Source of the DNA: an uncultured Clostridia bacterium
GTDB taxonomy: Bacteria; Bacillota; Clostridia; Christensenellales; UBA1242
NCBI GenBank assembly: GCA_947627545.1
Contig: CANQWK010000001.1
Location: 15,473-79,472 of the forward strand
Direction of reading: 5' to 3'
DNA: 64,000 nt
A model generated the notes under the pieces. It was not told where the DNA came from, did no database searches, and worked only from the letters and a program-made list of their open reading frames with translations. Made by a program: the position numbers and the translations under genes. This document shows positions 37,939 to 47,410 of this stretch, in pieces. Position 1 is the stretch's first letter. The number at the start of each line of letters is the position of its first letter.

Positions 37939-38526
37939 TCAATTTTCAAAGGGTCGCACACACTTTATTATTAGTTCGCAAATTGCATTAGCGTCATCTT
38001 TGCAATTGCCATTAATCCATTCATCTACAATTGCGTAAACACCCTTTATATAATAGGCAGAAATATATTTTCGTTCGTTTTCATCAATGTTAAAAATATC
38101 AAAAATAGGAAAAAGTATTTTGTTCTGCAAATAACTATATTTTTCATTAGATTGCATAAGTGTTGGGTGCTTATTTGATACTTTATAAACTACTTTGTGT
38201 TCTTTAACATGATTAAGATATGGTAGCAAATATTTTGGCGTTATTAAAATTAAATCTTCCTTTTGTTTGCCTTTAATTTTGTTGGCAAAATCCTTATTCT
38301 CATCGCCAAAACAAGAAAAGAAATTTTTGTTTAAATTTTCAATGGTTTCGCTTAATAAATCGTCTATATTATCATAATGCAAATAAAAGGTGGAGCGATT
38401 AACTCCAGCCTTTTTGCAAATTTCTTTTATGGTTAAAAATTCGTAATCCTTTTTGTTTAGCAGTTCAATAAGTGCTTGATTCATTAAAAGTGATGTGTTG
38501 TAATATTTACTTTCCGATTTATTCAT
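37939..38526 (-). CDS. TetR/AcrR-family transcriptional regulator
   Basis: N-terminal HTH with TIKEICKKAGVNRSTFYLHYDNIDDLL. 195 aa. Confidence 0.9.
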   Translation of the reverse strand: MNKSESKYYNTSLLMNQALIELLNKKDYEFLTIKEICKKAGVNRSTFYLHYDNIDDLLSETIENLNKNFFSCFGDENKDFANKIKGKQKEDLILITPKYLLPYLNHVKEHKVVYKVSNKHPTLMQSNEKYSYLQNKILFPIFDIFNIDENERKYISAYYIKGVYAIVDEWINGNCKDDANAICELIIKCVRPFEN

Positions 38527-38543
38527 AGCACTTCTCCTTAAGT

Positions 38544-38897
38544 TTATTCTTCATCGCTAATTTCTTTTGCTAGTTTCATTATGTCCGAGCCATATTTTGC
38601 CTTGCCATTAGCACGCATTTTTTTGTAAATAGGATAATTAACTACGCAACCAACAATTCCTAGCACGCCAACCACAATTCCAACAACCATTGCCACAACG
38701 CCTGAACCAATAACTTTCATTGCTAAGCACATTCCAACGCCTAACACCAATGAATTTATTATGCCAAAAGTATAAGCAAAAATTGTTGCTGGTAACTTGG
38801 CTTTGCTGTCTAATTTCTTTAGTTGTTTAACCTTTGTTGTGTCCTTTGGTGCATATTCGTTTGCAATATGCTCTGCATAAATTTTGTCTGTATTCAT
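38544..38897 (-). CDS. Small membrane protein (117 aa, 2 TM)
   Basis: AAGGAGG Shine-Dalgarno. Two glycine/valine-rich TM helices. It ends 17 nt upstream of the TetR gene, so the two are probably one operon. Confidence 0.65.
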   Translation of the reverse strand: MNTDKIYAEHIANEYAPKDTTKVKQLKKLDSKAKLPATIFAYTFGIINSLVLGVGMCLAMKVIGSGVVAMVVGIVVGVLGIVGCVVNYPIYKKMRANGKAKYGSDIMKLAKEISDEE

Positions 38898-39078
38898 GTT
38901 TTACCTCCTTATGAATTACAACATAATTATAGCAGAGCAAAACATCAAACCGAACAACACAAACAACAAAAAATGTTGATTTCAAAATTTTTTTATTTCA
39001 AAATTTTTGAACTAAATATATTTTATTTTACAATTTTTGTGTCAATAAATTTTTTATTTTAAATTCCGTCAAGGTTCA

Positions 39079-39327
39079 TCACTTCCTTAAACCATCACTA
39101 TGTACCCATGAGTAAAATAAATTTTTGTCTGGCATTACATATTCATAATTTAACATAGAATTGTAATTATCAATTATATTAATAGCATTGCTTAATACTT
39201 CATCTTTTGTTTTACCAGCAACATCTAAAATAACTTCATTTGGTAATAACTTTCTATCCATTATTTTTTTAGTAGAAACTTCCAATAGTTCTAAATCTAT
39301 CAAACCATTCTCTCCACGAGATAACAT
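39079..39327 (-). CDS. Short ORF, possibly the 3' remnant of a P-loop kinase-like gene
   Basis: 82 aa from the first ATG. The frame stays open a further ~25 codons upstream without a start codon or Shine-Dalgarno. No P-loop is present. Confidence 0.3.
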   Translation of the reverse strand: MLSRGENGLIDLELLEVSTKKIMDRKLLPNEVILDVAGKTKDEVLSNAINIIDNYNSMLNYEYVMPDKNLFYSWVHSDGLRK

Positions 39328-39439
39328 TTGTTTTTTGTTTTGTTCATAATCAGTAGAAATTAATTTTAATGTAATAAAGTTAGTGCCTTTAAATATTTTT
39401 TAATATTCTAATATCTTTTATTTAATATAACTAATATTT

Positions 39440-39919
39440 TTATAATTTTAAACAATCTACCCAAGATTTCAATTCGGCTTTTGAAGGGCGACCATTAAGA
39501 ATTTTGCCAGAGATAATATTTGTTGTTTTGTCGCATGAAGGCTTTAAATCTTTGGCGGTGTTGCCAAGCCCACTTCCGCCTGATGTTGCAAAAAGCACAA
39601 TGGTTTTGTTTGCAAAATTGTAACTTTCCAAAAAGGTGTTTATAATTCTTGGTGCGGTGTACCACCAAATTGGAAAACCTAAAAACACAACATCATATTC
39701 TGCCATGTTTTTAAGTTGATTTTTTATTTCTGGGCGAGAATTTTTATTTTGCATTTCTATGGTTGTTCGGCTTTTTTTGTCCATATAATTTAAATCTGCA
39801 GTTGTGTAAGTTTGCGTTGGAACAATTTCAAACTCATCTGCCCCTATTGCTGTTGCAAGAGTGTTTGCAACTTGCTTTGTTGTGCCGCTGGCACTAAAAT
39901 AAGCAACTAATTTTTTCAT
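39440..39919 (-). CDS. Flavodoxin-family protein
   Basis: MKKLVAYFSASGTTK FMN-phosphate loop and FLGFPIWWY...LFATSGGSG pattern. 159 aa. Confidence 0.88.
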   Translation of the reverse strand: MKKLVAYFSASGTTKQVANTLATAIGADEFEIVPTQTYTTADLNYMDKKSRTTIEMQNKNSRPEIKNQLKNMAEYDVVFLGFPIWWYTAPRIINTFLESYNFANKTIVLFATSGGSGLGNTAKDLKPSCDKTTNIISGKILNGRPSKAELKSWVDCLKL

Positions 39920-39951
39920 TTTAATCTCCTTTTATTCTATGGTTTTAAACT

Positions 39952-40419
39952 TTAATTTTCAAATATTGATTTTTCCTGGTTTGTTAATTTAATTTTGCTT
40001 AAATTTATACTATCAACAACTATAATCATCATAAGATAGTTTATATGTTTATATGCATTAATACGAGTATCAAAAACTTTCAAATCTGTTGCCAAAGTGC
40101 ATAATTCTTTACGCACTTGTGGAGTTGCACGGTCATATTCGTCAATAAATATAACAAGTTCTTCATTTTTTAACTTATCTATTTCATCTGATGAAAACAA
40201 AATATTATCGGTTTTGTTAAATTTTGCAATTTTTAAACAAGAAGCATTAATGTAAAAATGCTTTAAATTGTTTGCTTTAAGCCAAGCATTCACTCTTGCA
40301 GTTTTACCTGAGCCTGGTAGCCCTTTTAATATTAAACATGGTGCGTTGTGATTTTTTTTAGCCGATGCCAAACAACTATCAAGGCTTTCTATAACTTCAT
40401 CTTTAATTTCATTTTTCAT
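39952..40419 (-). CDS. Small P-loop NTPase (AAA-like, 155 aa)
   Basis: Start refined to ATG 40419, preceded by an AGGAG Shine-Dalgarno. Walker A GLPGSGKT and Walker B VIFIDEYD. Too short for a full AAA+ lid domain. Confidence 0.65.
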   Translation of the reverse strand: MKNEIKDEVIESLDSCLASAKKNHNAPCLILKGLPGSGKTARVNAWLKANNLKHFYINASCLKIAKFNKTDNILFSSDEIDKLKNEELVIFIDEYDRATPQVRKELCTLATDLKVFDTRINAYKHINYLMMIIVVDSINLSKIKLTNQEKSIFEN

Positions 40420-40547
40420 GCGTATTTCTCCTCTCATAAACATATTTAAAATATTTAATTTACCTTTTTTGATAAATTTTATATATACTATATAAAAATA
40501 TAGTTAAAAGTCAAATAAAATTTATTTTATTAACACGCATATTAATT

Positions 40548-40568
40548 AAAAAAGGTGCTAATGCACCT
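40548..40568 (-). terminator. Terminator overlapping the stop codon of the ABC exporter operon
   Basis: On the minus strand, AGGTGC-atta-GCACCT followed by T6. The stem includes the last codons and the TAG stop of 40558..42627. Confidence 0.65.
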
Positions 40569-42627
40569 CTTCAAATTGACTGTTGTATAGTTCGGCATAA
40601 AAGCCGTTTTTATTTAATAGTTCATTGTGATTGCCCATTTCTACAATATCGCCGTTTTTCATAACCAAAATTAAATCGGCGTTTTTTATTGTTGATAAGC
40701 GGTGGGCAATTACAAACGATGTTCTGTTTTGTGTTAATTTATCCATTGCTTGCTGAATTAAAATTTCGGTGCGGGTATCTACGCTGCTTGTGGCTTCGTC
40801 TAAAATTAGCATTGGAGCATTTTCCACCATTGCACGAGCAATTGTTAAAAGTTGTTTTTGACCTGCACTTATTGTGGTGTTATCGTCTAAAATTGTGTTG
40901 TATCCATTAGGCAGTGTTTTTACAAAATGATGCAATCCGCAGGCTTTGCACGCCTCTATAATTTGTTCGTCAGTAATGTTGGTTTTGTTATATCTTATGT
41001 TTTCGTTTACGCTGCCCTGGAACAGCCAAGTATCTTGCAACACCATGCCAAAAATATCATGTATGTTTTCTCGTGTTAGGTTTTTAATTGAAACGCCATC
41101 AATTAAAATGTCGCCAGATATTAAATTATAAAATTTCATAAGCAAATTAACTAGCGTTGTTTTTCCTGCACCTGTTGGCCCAACAATTGCAATTTTTTGC
41201 CCAGCCTTAATGTTGGCTGAAAAGTTTTTTATAACAATTTTTTCTGGGCTATAGCCAAACTTAACATTTTTAAATTCTACATTGCCTTTTATGTTTGTTA
41301 AGGTGTTTGTTATGTCGCTTTCGTTTGCCAATTCCGGCTCGTTTAAAAATTCATAAACACGCTCGCTTGCCGCTGCAGTTGATTGCAAATTTGTTAAGCT
41401 TTGCGCAAGTTGGCTAAGCGGTTGAGTGAATAGGCGAATATATATCATAATAGAAATAATAACCGCAAAATTGATAGTGCCTAAACGCACTAAAACCGCA
41501 CCAACAATGCACACCACAACATAACCAAAATTGCCAATAAAATTCATAAGCGGACCCATTAAGCCAGAGAAGAATTGCGATTTCCACGAAGTTGAATATA
41601 GTTTTTGGTTTAAGGTTTCAAATTGTTGGCTAGTTTCCGCTTCCGCATTATACGCTTTAATAATTTCTTGCCCAGAATATGCTTCTTCTACATAGCCGTT
41701 AACCATGCCAATGCACTGCTGTTGTTGAATGAAATATTTTTGCGATTTCTTTAAAATAAACATCATTAAAACAAAGCCAATTATTGTTGCTAGCACGCCA
41801 GAAAGTGCCATAATCCAATTGGTTACAAACATCATTATAAGCGAGCCTATAAACAACGCTGCCGCACCAAATAACGAACTTACTGAGTTGTTTAATGTAA
41901 AGCCAATTGTATCAACATCGTTGGTAATTCGGCTTAGAACATCACCATAGGTTGTGGTGTCGAAATAACTTAATGGTAGTTTGTTAATTTTGTTTGAAAT
42001 CTGGCTGCGAAGGTCTTTGCTTACTCGCTGATTTACGGTTGCCATAATAAAGCCTTGTGCAAAATTGATGATGTAAGCAATTAGGTAAAGCACCACTAGA
42101 AATATGCAAATTTTTAAAATGTTTTCCGTGTTAATTTTTGTTTTTGTGTTAATCCAAATTTGAAGTGTATTATTTGTTAAGCCTAAGCCTACTCCGCCAA
42201 TTTTGTTAACAATTTCATTATCAAAATTAACATATTTGTTTTCTTTTAAAAATGATAGAGTTGTTTCGCCTAAAGTTTGATAAAATATGTCGCCCTGTTC
42301 GTTCACGCTTACAGGAATTTGAAGAAGAATTGAATCTTCTTGCTTTGCTATATGTAAAGTAAATTTATCTTGACTAATATCTACAAAATTGTTGTTGTTT
42401 AATTGTTGCATTTGTTCGCTAGTTAAATCTAAATTAATGCTTAAACCCTTTTCTATAATGTCGGTTATTTTACTTAATTTATTTGGACCAATTAGCGTAA
42501 ATACTGTGCTTATAATAACCAATACAATTGAAATTATTATTGCAAAACTATAAGGTTTTAAATTTTTAAGCAAATTTAAAATTGCTTGTTTAAAATTCTT
42601 TGCTTTCCCAAAACTTCTTCTAGGCAT
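40558..42627 (-). CDS. ABC exporter permease/ATPase, consensus-site subunit of a heterodimer (with a large TM1-TM2 loop)
   Basis: Walker A GPTGAGKTT, Walker B LILDEATS and H-loop IAHRLST are canonical. The signature is degenerate (ISAGQ). About 115 extra residues sit between TM1 and TM2. Confidence 0.9.
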   Translation of the reverse strand: MPRRSFGKAKNFKQAILNLLKNLKPYSFAIIISIVLVIISTVFTLIGPNKLSKITDIIEKGLSINLDLTSEQMQQLNNNNFVDISQDKFTLHIAKQEDSILLQIPVSVNEQGDIFYQTLGETTLSFLKENKYVNFDNEIVNKIGGVGLGLTNNTLQIWINTKTKINTENILKICIFLVVLYLIAYIINFAQGFIMATVNQRVSKDLRSQISNKINKLPLSYFDTTTYGDVLSRITNDVDTIGFTLNNSVSSLFGAAALFIGSLIMMFVTNWIMALSGVLATIIGFVLMMFILKKSQKYFIQQQQCIGMVNGYVEEAYSGQEIIKAYNAEAETSQQFETLNQKLYSTSWKSQFFSGLMGPLMNFIGNFGYVVVCIVGAVLVRLGTINFAVIISIMIYIRLFTQPLSQLAQSLTNLQSTAAASERVYEFLNEPELANESDITNTLTNIKGNVEFKNVKFGYSPEKIVIKNFSANIKAGQKIAIVGPTGAGKTTLVNLLMKFYNLISGDILIDGVSIKNLTRENIHDIFGMVLQDTWLFQGSVNENIRYNKTNITDEQIIEACKACGLHHFVKTLPNGYNTILDDNTTISAGQKQLLTIARAMVENAPMLILDEATSSVDTRTEILIQQAMDKLTQNRTSFVIAHRLSTIKNADLILVMKNGDIVEMGNHNELLNKNGFYAELYNSQFEEVH

Positions 42628-44383
42628 TTTTTAGTTCCTCCTCGCTTAACTGAGATAAAGCAATTTCTTTATAAACTTGGCAATTTTGCATAAGTTCTTC
42701 ATGTGTGCCCATGCCCACAATTTTACCTTCGTCAAGCACTATAATTTTGTTTGCGTCTTTAATTGTTCCTATGCGCTGAGCAACTATAAGCACTGTGGTG
42801 TTTTTTAACTCATCTTTTATTGCCTGCCTAACCGCTTTATCGGTTTTATAATCAAGGGCAGAAAAACTGTCGTCAAAAATTAAAATTTCTGGGTTTTTAG
42901 CAAGCGCCCTAGCAATAGATAACCGTTGTTTTTGTCCGCCACTAACATTTTTACCACCCTGGCTTATGTGCGATTTTACTCCACTTTCCATGTTATTTAC
43001 AAATTCACTACTTTGCGAAACGTCTAGAGCGGTATCTACATCTTGTTCATTAGGTTTGTTTTTTCCGCCTCCAAATGCAACATTTGAAAGCACACTGCCT
43101 GAAAACAACACCGCTCGTTGCGAAACATAGCCTATGCGATTACGCAAATCTTGCAATGTGAAATCTTTAACATTTTTGCCATCCACCAAAACTTCGCCTT
43201 CGCTTGCATCGTAAAACCTTGGCACAAGGTTAATTAATGTAGATTTTCCACTTCCTGTTGAGCCAATAAACGCAACCACATCTCCGCTATTGCATTTAAA
43301 ACTGATGTTTTCAAGCACATTTTCGTCTGCATCAAGATATTTAAAACTAACATTTTTAAATTCAACTGTTCCTTTATTTTTTGGCGAAATTTTCACTCCG
43401 TTGCCGTCTAAAATTGAAGGTTTTGTATTAAAAACTTCGTTTAAACGTTTGCTAGAAACAGCCGCTCTAGGAAGCATTATAAACACCATAACAAGCATAA
43501 CAAATGACATTACAATTTGAATTGCATACGAACTAAACACAACCATATCTGAAAAAATTGTTAGTTTGCTTGTAAAATGTGCGGCATTTATTAAATATGC
43601 ACCAATCCAATAAATAGAAAGCGGCAAAAAACTCATAATAGCAGTCATAAGCGGACTAATTAAACTCATAACTCGGTTTGCCACCAAGTTGTTGTTTGTT
43701 AAATTGTTGTTTGCATTTTCAAATTTGTTTTGCTGATAACTTTCTGCATTATATGCACGCACAACTCTAAGGCCTGTTAAATTTTCTCTAGTTATTCTAT
43801 TTATGTTATCGGTTAAGGTTTGAATGCGCCTAAACCGTGGAATAACAAAGCAGGTTACAATAACCACAGCCACAAGCAAAACCACAACTGCAATAGCAGT
43901 AGCAAGCGACCACTGATAACTTTTTCCGCTAATTTTAACAATTGCCCATATAGCCATAATAGGAGATTTTATAAGTGCTTGCAAACCCATAACCAAAAAC
44001 ATTTGAATTTGATTTATATCGTTAGTTGAACGAGTAATTAAACTTGCAGTGGAAAACTTTTTAATTTCGTTAGACGAAAAATTTTGCACCGAGTTAAATA
44101 CTTTGCTGCGTACATTAGTTGTAAATTGGCTAGACATTTGAGCAACAAAAAAACCAACGCACACGGCAGAAACAGCACTTGCAACTGCACAAATAAGCAT
44201 TTTTGCACCGGCTATTAAAATTTCACTCATTTTGCCACCTTCGGTTTGAACAAGAATGGTAATTTTGCTCATGTAATCAGGAATGGTAAGTTCCAACCAA
44301 ACTTGCAAAACAATTAATGCAACAATAATAAAAAGATAACTCCATTGTTTTTTATTAAAATTAGAAAAAATTAATTTAAACAT
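42620..44383 (-). CDS. ABC exporter permease/ATPase, degenerate-site subunit of a heterodimer
   Basis: Walker A GSTGSGKST and a canonical signature VSGGQKQRL. Walker B reads ILIFDDS (catalytic Glu replaced by Asp) and the H-loop reads VAQRIGT (His replaced by Gln). It overlaps its partner gene by 8 nt. Confidence 0.9.
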   Translation of the reverse strand: MFKLIFSNFNKKQWSYLFIIVALIVLQVWLELTIPDYMSKITILVQTEGGKMSEILIAGAKMLICAVASAVSAVCVGFFVAQMSSQFTTNVRSKVFNSVQNFSSNEIKKFSTASLITRSTNDINQIQMFLVMGLQALIKSPIMAIWAIVKISGKSYQWSLATAIAVVVLLVAVVIVTCFVIPRFRRIQTLTDNINRITRENLTGLRVVRAYNAESYQQNKFENANNNLTNNNLVANRVMSLISPLMTAIMSFLPLSIYWIGAYLINAAHFTSKLTIFSDMVVFSSYAIQIVMSFVMLVMVFIMLPRAAVSSKRLNEVFNTKPSILDGNGVKISPKNKGTVEFKNVSFKYLDADENVLENISFKCNSGDVVAFIGSTGSGKSTLINLVPRFYDASEGEVLVDGKNVKDFTLQDLRNRIGYVSQRAVLFSGSVLSNVAFGGGKNKPNEQDVDTALDVSQSSEFVNNMESGVKSHISQGGKNVSGGQKQRLSIARALAKNPEILIFDDSFSALDYKTDKAVRQAIKDELKNTTVLIVAQRIGTIKDANKIIVLDEGKIVGMGTHEELMQNCQVYKEIALSQLSEEELKNA

Positions 44384-44830
44384 AACTTTACCCTTTTAGT
44401 TTTAATTTTTAAGTTGATTTTAAATTGTAAATTAAACACTAAAATTTGCAATTTAATAATTTTAAATAATTTAATAGCATAGACCTTTATTTAGTTAAAA
44501 AATTTTTTTAATTTTTAAAATGACTAATTGCCTAAACTAATAAAAATATAATTATATATAGTATCAAATTGCAACAATAATGTCAAACATTATATTTAAA
44601 TTAAAAATTTTATATTTATTTAAAAAAAATTTTAAAATCAACATAAAAAATACTATTTTTTAACCTAAATATATATGAAAAAAAACAATTTTCTGCAAAT
44701 TGGTTTTTTGTTTTTTTATATTTTTTAACTTAATTAAAAATTAATATTGTTAAAAATTTCTTAAAAAATTATGTTAAAAATTATGTGTTTAAATTACTAA
44801 TTAAAAACTAATGTATAAAATTTAATGCGT

Positions 44831-45892
44831 TTATTTGGCAATTATTGAATTGTTTTCAATAACAAATCGCTTATCATAAAGTTTATCAAAAGCAACAACA
44901 TTTTTCATTATTGGCCACAAAGTTATTGAGCCTGCCGCGTTTGAATTTTTGGTTAACGACATCAATTCACGAGTTAATGTTTTGTCGCTATCAACATCAA
45001 ATAAAGAAGACACATCGTCAACAACAATTACTGCCGCTTCACCTGTTTCAAAAATTCGTTTTGCACGTTCAATGCAAAGTTTTATCATTCGTTTGCCGTC
45101 TTCAATTGAATTTGTTAAATAAGAAACAAACATTTCGCATCTTTCAAGTTTTTCTAAAAAACCTTTATTCTTTTCGGCTACGCTTACATTTAAATATAGT
45201 TTTTTAACATCTTTAACATCGTTTAAAAGGTTGATTATTGTTTGAGTGTTTGCGTTGTTATTTTCGCCATAAAAGTATGCACTTTCACCTTTTAACAAGC
45301 CTAAATTGGAAAATTCTGGCAAGGTAAAAGTCAATTTCTTTGTAGGGGCTATATGTTTATAATCTAAATAATGTTTTCGTTTAGGGTCATATTTAACAAG
45401 TGGACAATCATTAATATTATAAATTTTAGTTACGCATTGCTGACCGTCAACTTTGCCTAAACCAACTACAACATAATCTCCTGTTAAAACATGTGTGGTA
45501 AAAATAAGTTCGCTTGGAATATAAATCCAACTGTAATTGAAATCTTTATAACACCACAAAAGCCCTGCATTATTCTGCGTTAATTCAACAAAGCCGCCAA
45601 CAGTTTCAATATCGGTAAAAGTAAATATGTTTCTTGGTTGTTGCAACACTATGTTGTAATTTTCATTTGGCAAAAATGGTTTTGGCAGTTCGTTAAAATT
45701 TAAATTGTTTGTTTTTGGCGGACGCCCATGTTTTGAAGTGTTAATTTTTGGCTGAACTCTACCTTCTCTAATATCAATTATATCTTTTATAAGCTGCTCT
45801 TTCTTTTTACTGGTTGGCGAAATTACACCAACTCGCCTAGCAAATTCTCTTAGTGCAAATATGCTCATATTATCAAGTTCTTCGTCTAACAT
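44831..45892 (-). CDS. Rho-like protein with a degenerate ATPase core
   Basis: Rho_N-like helix (SIFALREFARRVGVISPTSKKKEQLIKDI) and a CSD-like segment (GGFVEL...IYIPSELI...LTGDYVVVG). A RecA-like region aligns by eye to Rho but its Walker A reads GENNNANT. An AAGGAGG Shine-Dalgarno precedes the start. Confidence 0.7.
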   Translation of the reverse strand: MLDEELDNMSIFALREFARRVGVISPTSKKKEQLIKDIIDIREGRVQPKINTSKHGRPPKTNNLNFNELPKPFLPNENYNIVLQQPRNIFTFTDIETVGGFVELTQNNAGLLWCYKDFNYSWIYIPSELIFTTHVLTGDYVVVGLGKVDGQQCVTKIYNINDCPLVKYDPKRKHYLDYKHIAPTKKLTFTLPEFSNLGLLKGESAYFYGENNNANTQTIINLLNDVKDVKKLYLNVSVAEKNKGFLEKLERCEMFVSYLTNSIEDGKRMIKLCIERAKRIFETGEAAVIVVDDVSSLFDVDSDKTLTRELMSLTKNSNAAGSITLWPIMKNVVAFDKLYDKRFVIENNSIIAK

Positions 45893-46053
45893 TCGCCAAC
45901 CTCCTTTTAATTTTATTTAATGTATTATAACAAAAAAAATTAGTCTTGTAAATTATTTTTCGACATTTTTTGCTTTATTAACTTAAATCTTAATTAATAC
46001 TTTATTTAATTTCCATTTAATGCTTTATTAAAATTTAAATTTTTAATAACCTT

Positions 46054-46401
46054 TTATGCCGTAATTCCAAGACTAATCATTATTGCAATATCTACTTTTT
46101 TCATTGTGTTTTCATCAATTTGCGTTATTTTTTCTTTAAGCCTGCGTTTATCTAGCGTTCTCAATTGTTCAAGCAGAACAATGCTATCTTTATCCAAATT
46201 ATATTTATCTTTATTAAGTTCAATGTGAGTGGGAAGTTTTGCTTTGGTAAGTTGACTTGTTATTGCCGCAATAATAACCGTAGGACTATATTTATTGCCA
46301 ACATCGTTTTGAACAACTAACACAGGGCGAACTCCACCCTGCTCGCTGCCTACAACGGGACTTAAATCTGCATAAAAAATGTCGCCACGAACAACTTCCA
46401 T
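46054..46401 (-). CDS. mazF: mRNA interferase toxin, EndoA/MazF family
   Basis: [29 protein letters not shown]...KLPTHIE...[13 protein letters not shown] closely follows the B. subtilis EndoA (NdoA) sequence as recalled. An AAGGAG Shine-Dalgarno precedes the start. Confidence 0.92.
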   Translation of the reverse strand: MEVVRGDIFYADLSPVVGSEQGGVRPVLVVQNDVGNKYSPTVIIAAITSQLTKAKLPTHIELNKDKYNLDKDSIVLLEQLRTLDKRRLKEKITQIDENTMKKVDIAIMISLGITA

Positions 46402-46560
46402 TACTCTCCTTTAATTGATAAAATTTTTAAATTTTATTTTTTTAGATAAATTAAAAAATTAAATTAAACGCTTAAAAATACTAAAAAATTTTTGAATTTC
46501 AGTGTTTTTTAGCCTAATTTTTATATTTTTATAAATTTTTTGCCTTATTTTTAATTTTTT

Positions 46561-46755
46561 CTAAAATTTATTTTTTAAAAAATTTATTGTTGTTTCAAAA
46601 TCGTCAACACCGTTAAAGTCTAATTCAACTTGTGCAATTGCAATTTTGTATTCATTATCAGTGTATGCGTTTAAGTTAAATTTTGGCATTTGCGGGCGAG
46701 CAATTTCTTTTAAACTAAAAAGGTATTTTACATATTCGCTTATCAGTTTATTCAT
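46561..46755 (-). CDS. Hypothetical small protein (64 aa)
   Basis: Start refined to ATG 46755, preceded by a GGGAGA Shine-Dalgarno. It begins 22 nt after the upstream gene. No ribbon-helix-helix or AbrB-like signature was recognised. Confidence 0.5.
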   Translation of the reverse strand: MNKLISEYVKYLFSLKEIARPQMPKFNLNAYTDNEYKIAIAQVELDFNGVDDFETTINFLKNKF

Positions 46756-46777
46756 ATATTCTCCCAACTAACAAAAT

Positions 46778-47218
46778 TTAAACTTTAGCAAGCAATTTTT
46801 TTAATTTTTCATAAAAATCTTCTTGCAATTTTTTAAATTCTTCTACTAGTTCTTTAAATCTTTCATCTTTAACTTTGCAATCTTTTTCCGTTTTAATTGT
46901 ATCAATAATGCCCATAACTGTGCCTGAAATCATCATTTCTACAATATGGCGTGGAGTAGAATCCATCCACAAACTCATGTATAACATTGCAGTTTGTTTT
47001 ATCTTTTTAAACTTGCTGTTTTCTTGCACTTCTTCATCCATATTAATTGCAAGCACATCGCACTTTTGTGCAAATTTCTCATACATATCAAACTGCTTTT
47101 TAAATTGTTTTTTTAATTCTTCGTTTTTACTTTTTTTAAGCACTTTATCAATAGCCAACATGCCAATTGTGGCGTCTTGATACATTCTATTTAAAAGTTT
47201 AAGTTCATTTTTTTCCAT
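46778..47218 (-). CDS. Hypothetical helical protein (146 aa)
   Basis: Start refined to ATG 47218, preceded by a GGGAGG Shine-Dalgarno. Predicted all-alpha and lysine/glutamate-rich. Confidence 0.55.
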   Translation of the reverse strand: MEKNELKLLNRMYQDATIGMLAIDKVLKKSKNEELKKQFKKQFDMYEKFAQKCDVLAINMDEEVQENSKFKKIKQTAMLYMSLWMDSTPRHIVEMMISGTVMGIIDTIKTEKDCKVKDERFKELVEEFKKLQEDFYEKLKKLLAKV

Positions 47219-47369
47219 AATTCCTCCCAAATTGAACTAAATTTATTTAACAAGAATTTTTTTAAAATATTTGTAATTCAAACAATAAAATTCCTACACC
47301 ATTAGTTTTAGTTAAAAAAAAATAATTATGCAAAAGAAAAACAAATTGTCATTCTAAAAATGCACAAAC

Positions 47370-47395
47370 AAAAAAAGCACATAAGTGCTTTTTAT
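47370..47395. terminator. Rho-independent terminator downstream of the 47411..48514 gene
   Basis: A6-AGCAC-ataa-GTGCT-T5. Confidence 0.7.
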
Positions 47396-47410
47396 TTTAA
47401 AAGGTATAAG

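Noticed and set aside
31500-40500. Integrated mobile element or prophage at tRNA-Leu
   Set aside because: No integrase, recombinase, transposase, phage or conjugation gene was recognised. No direct repeat of the tRNA 3' end was found downstream. Only the indirect hints reported as findings remain (tRNA 5'-half duplicate, odd spacer, accessory-looking genes).
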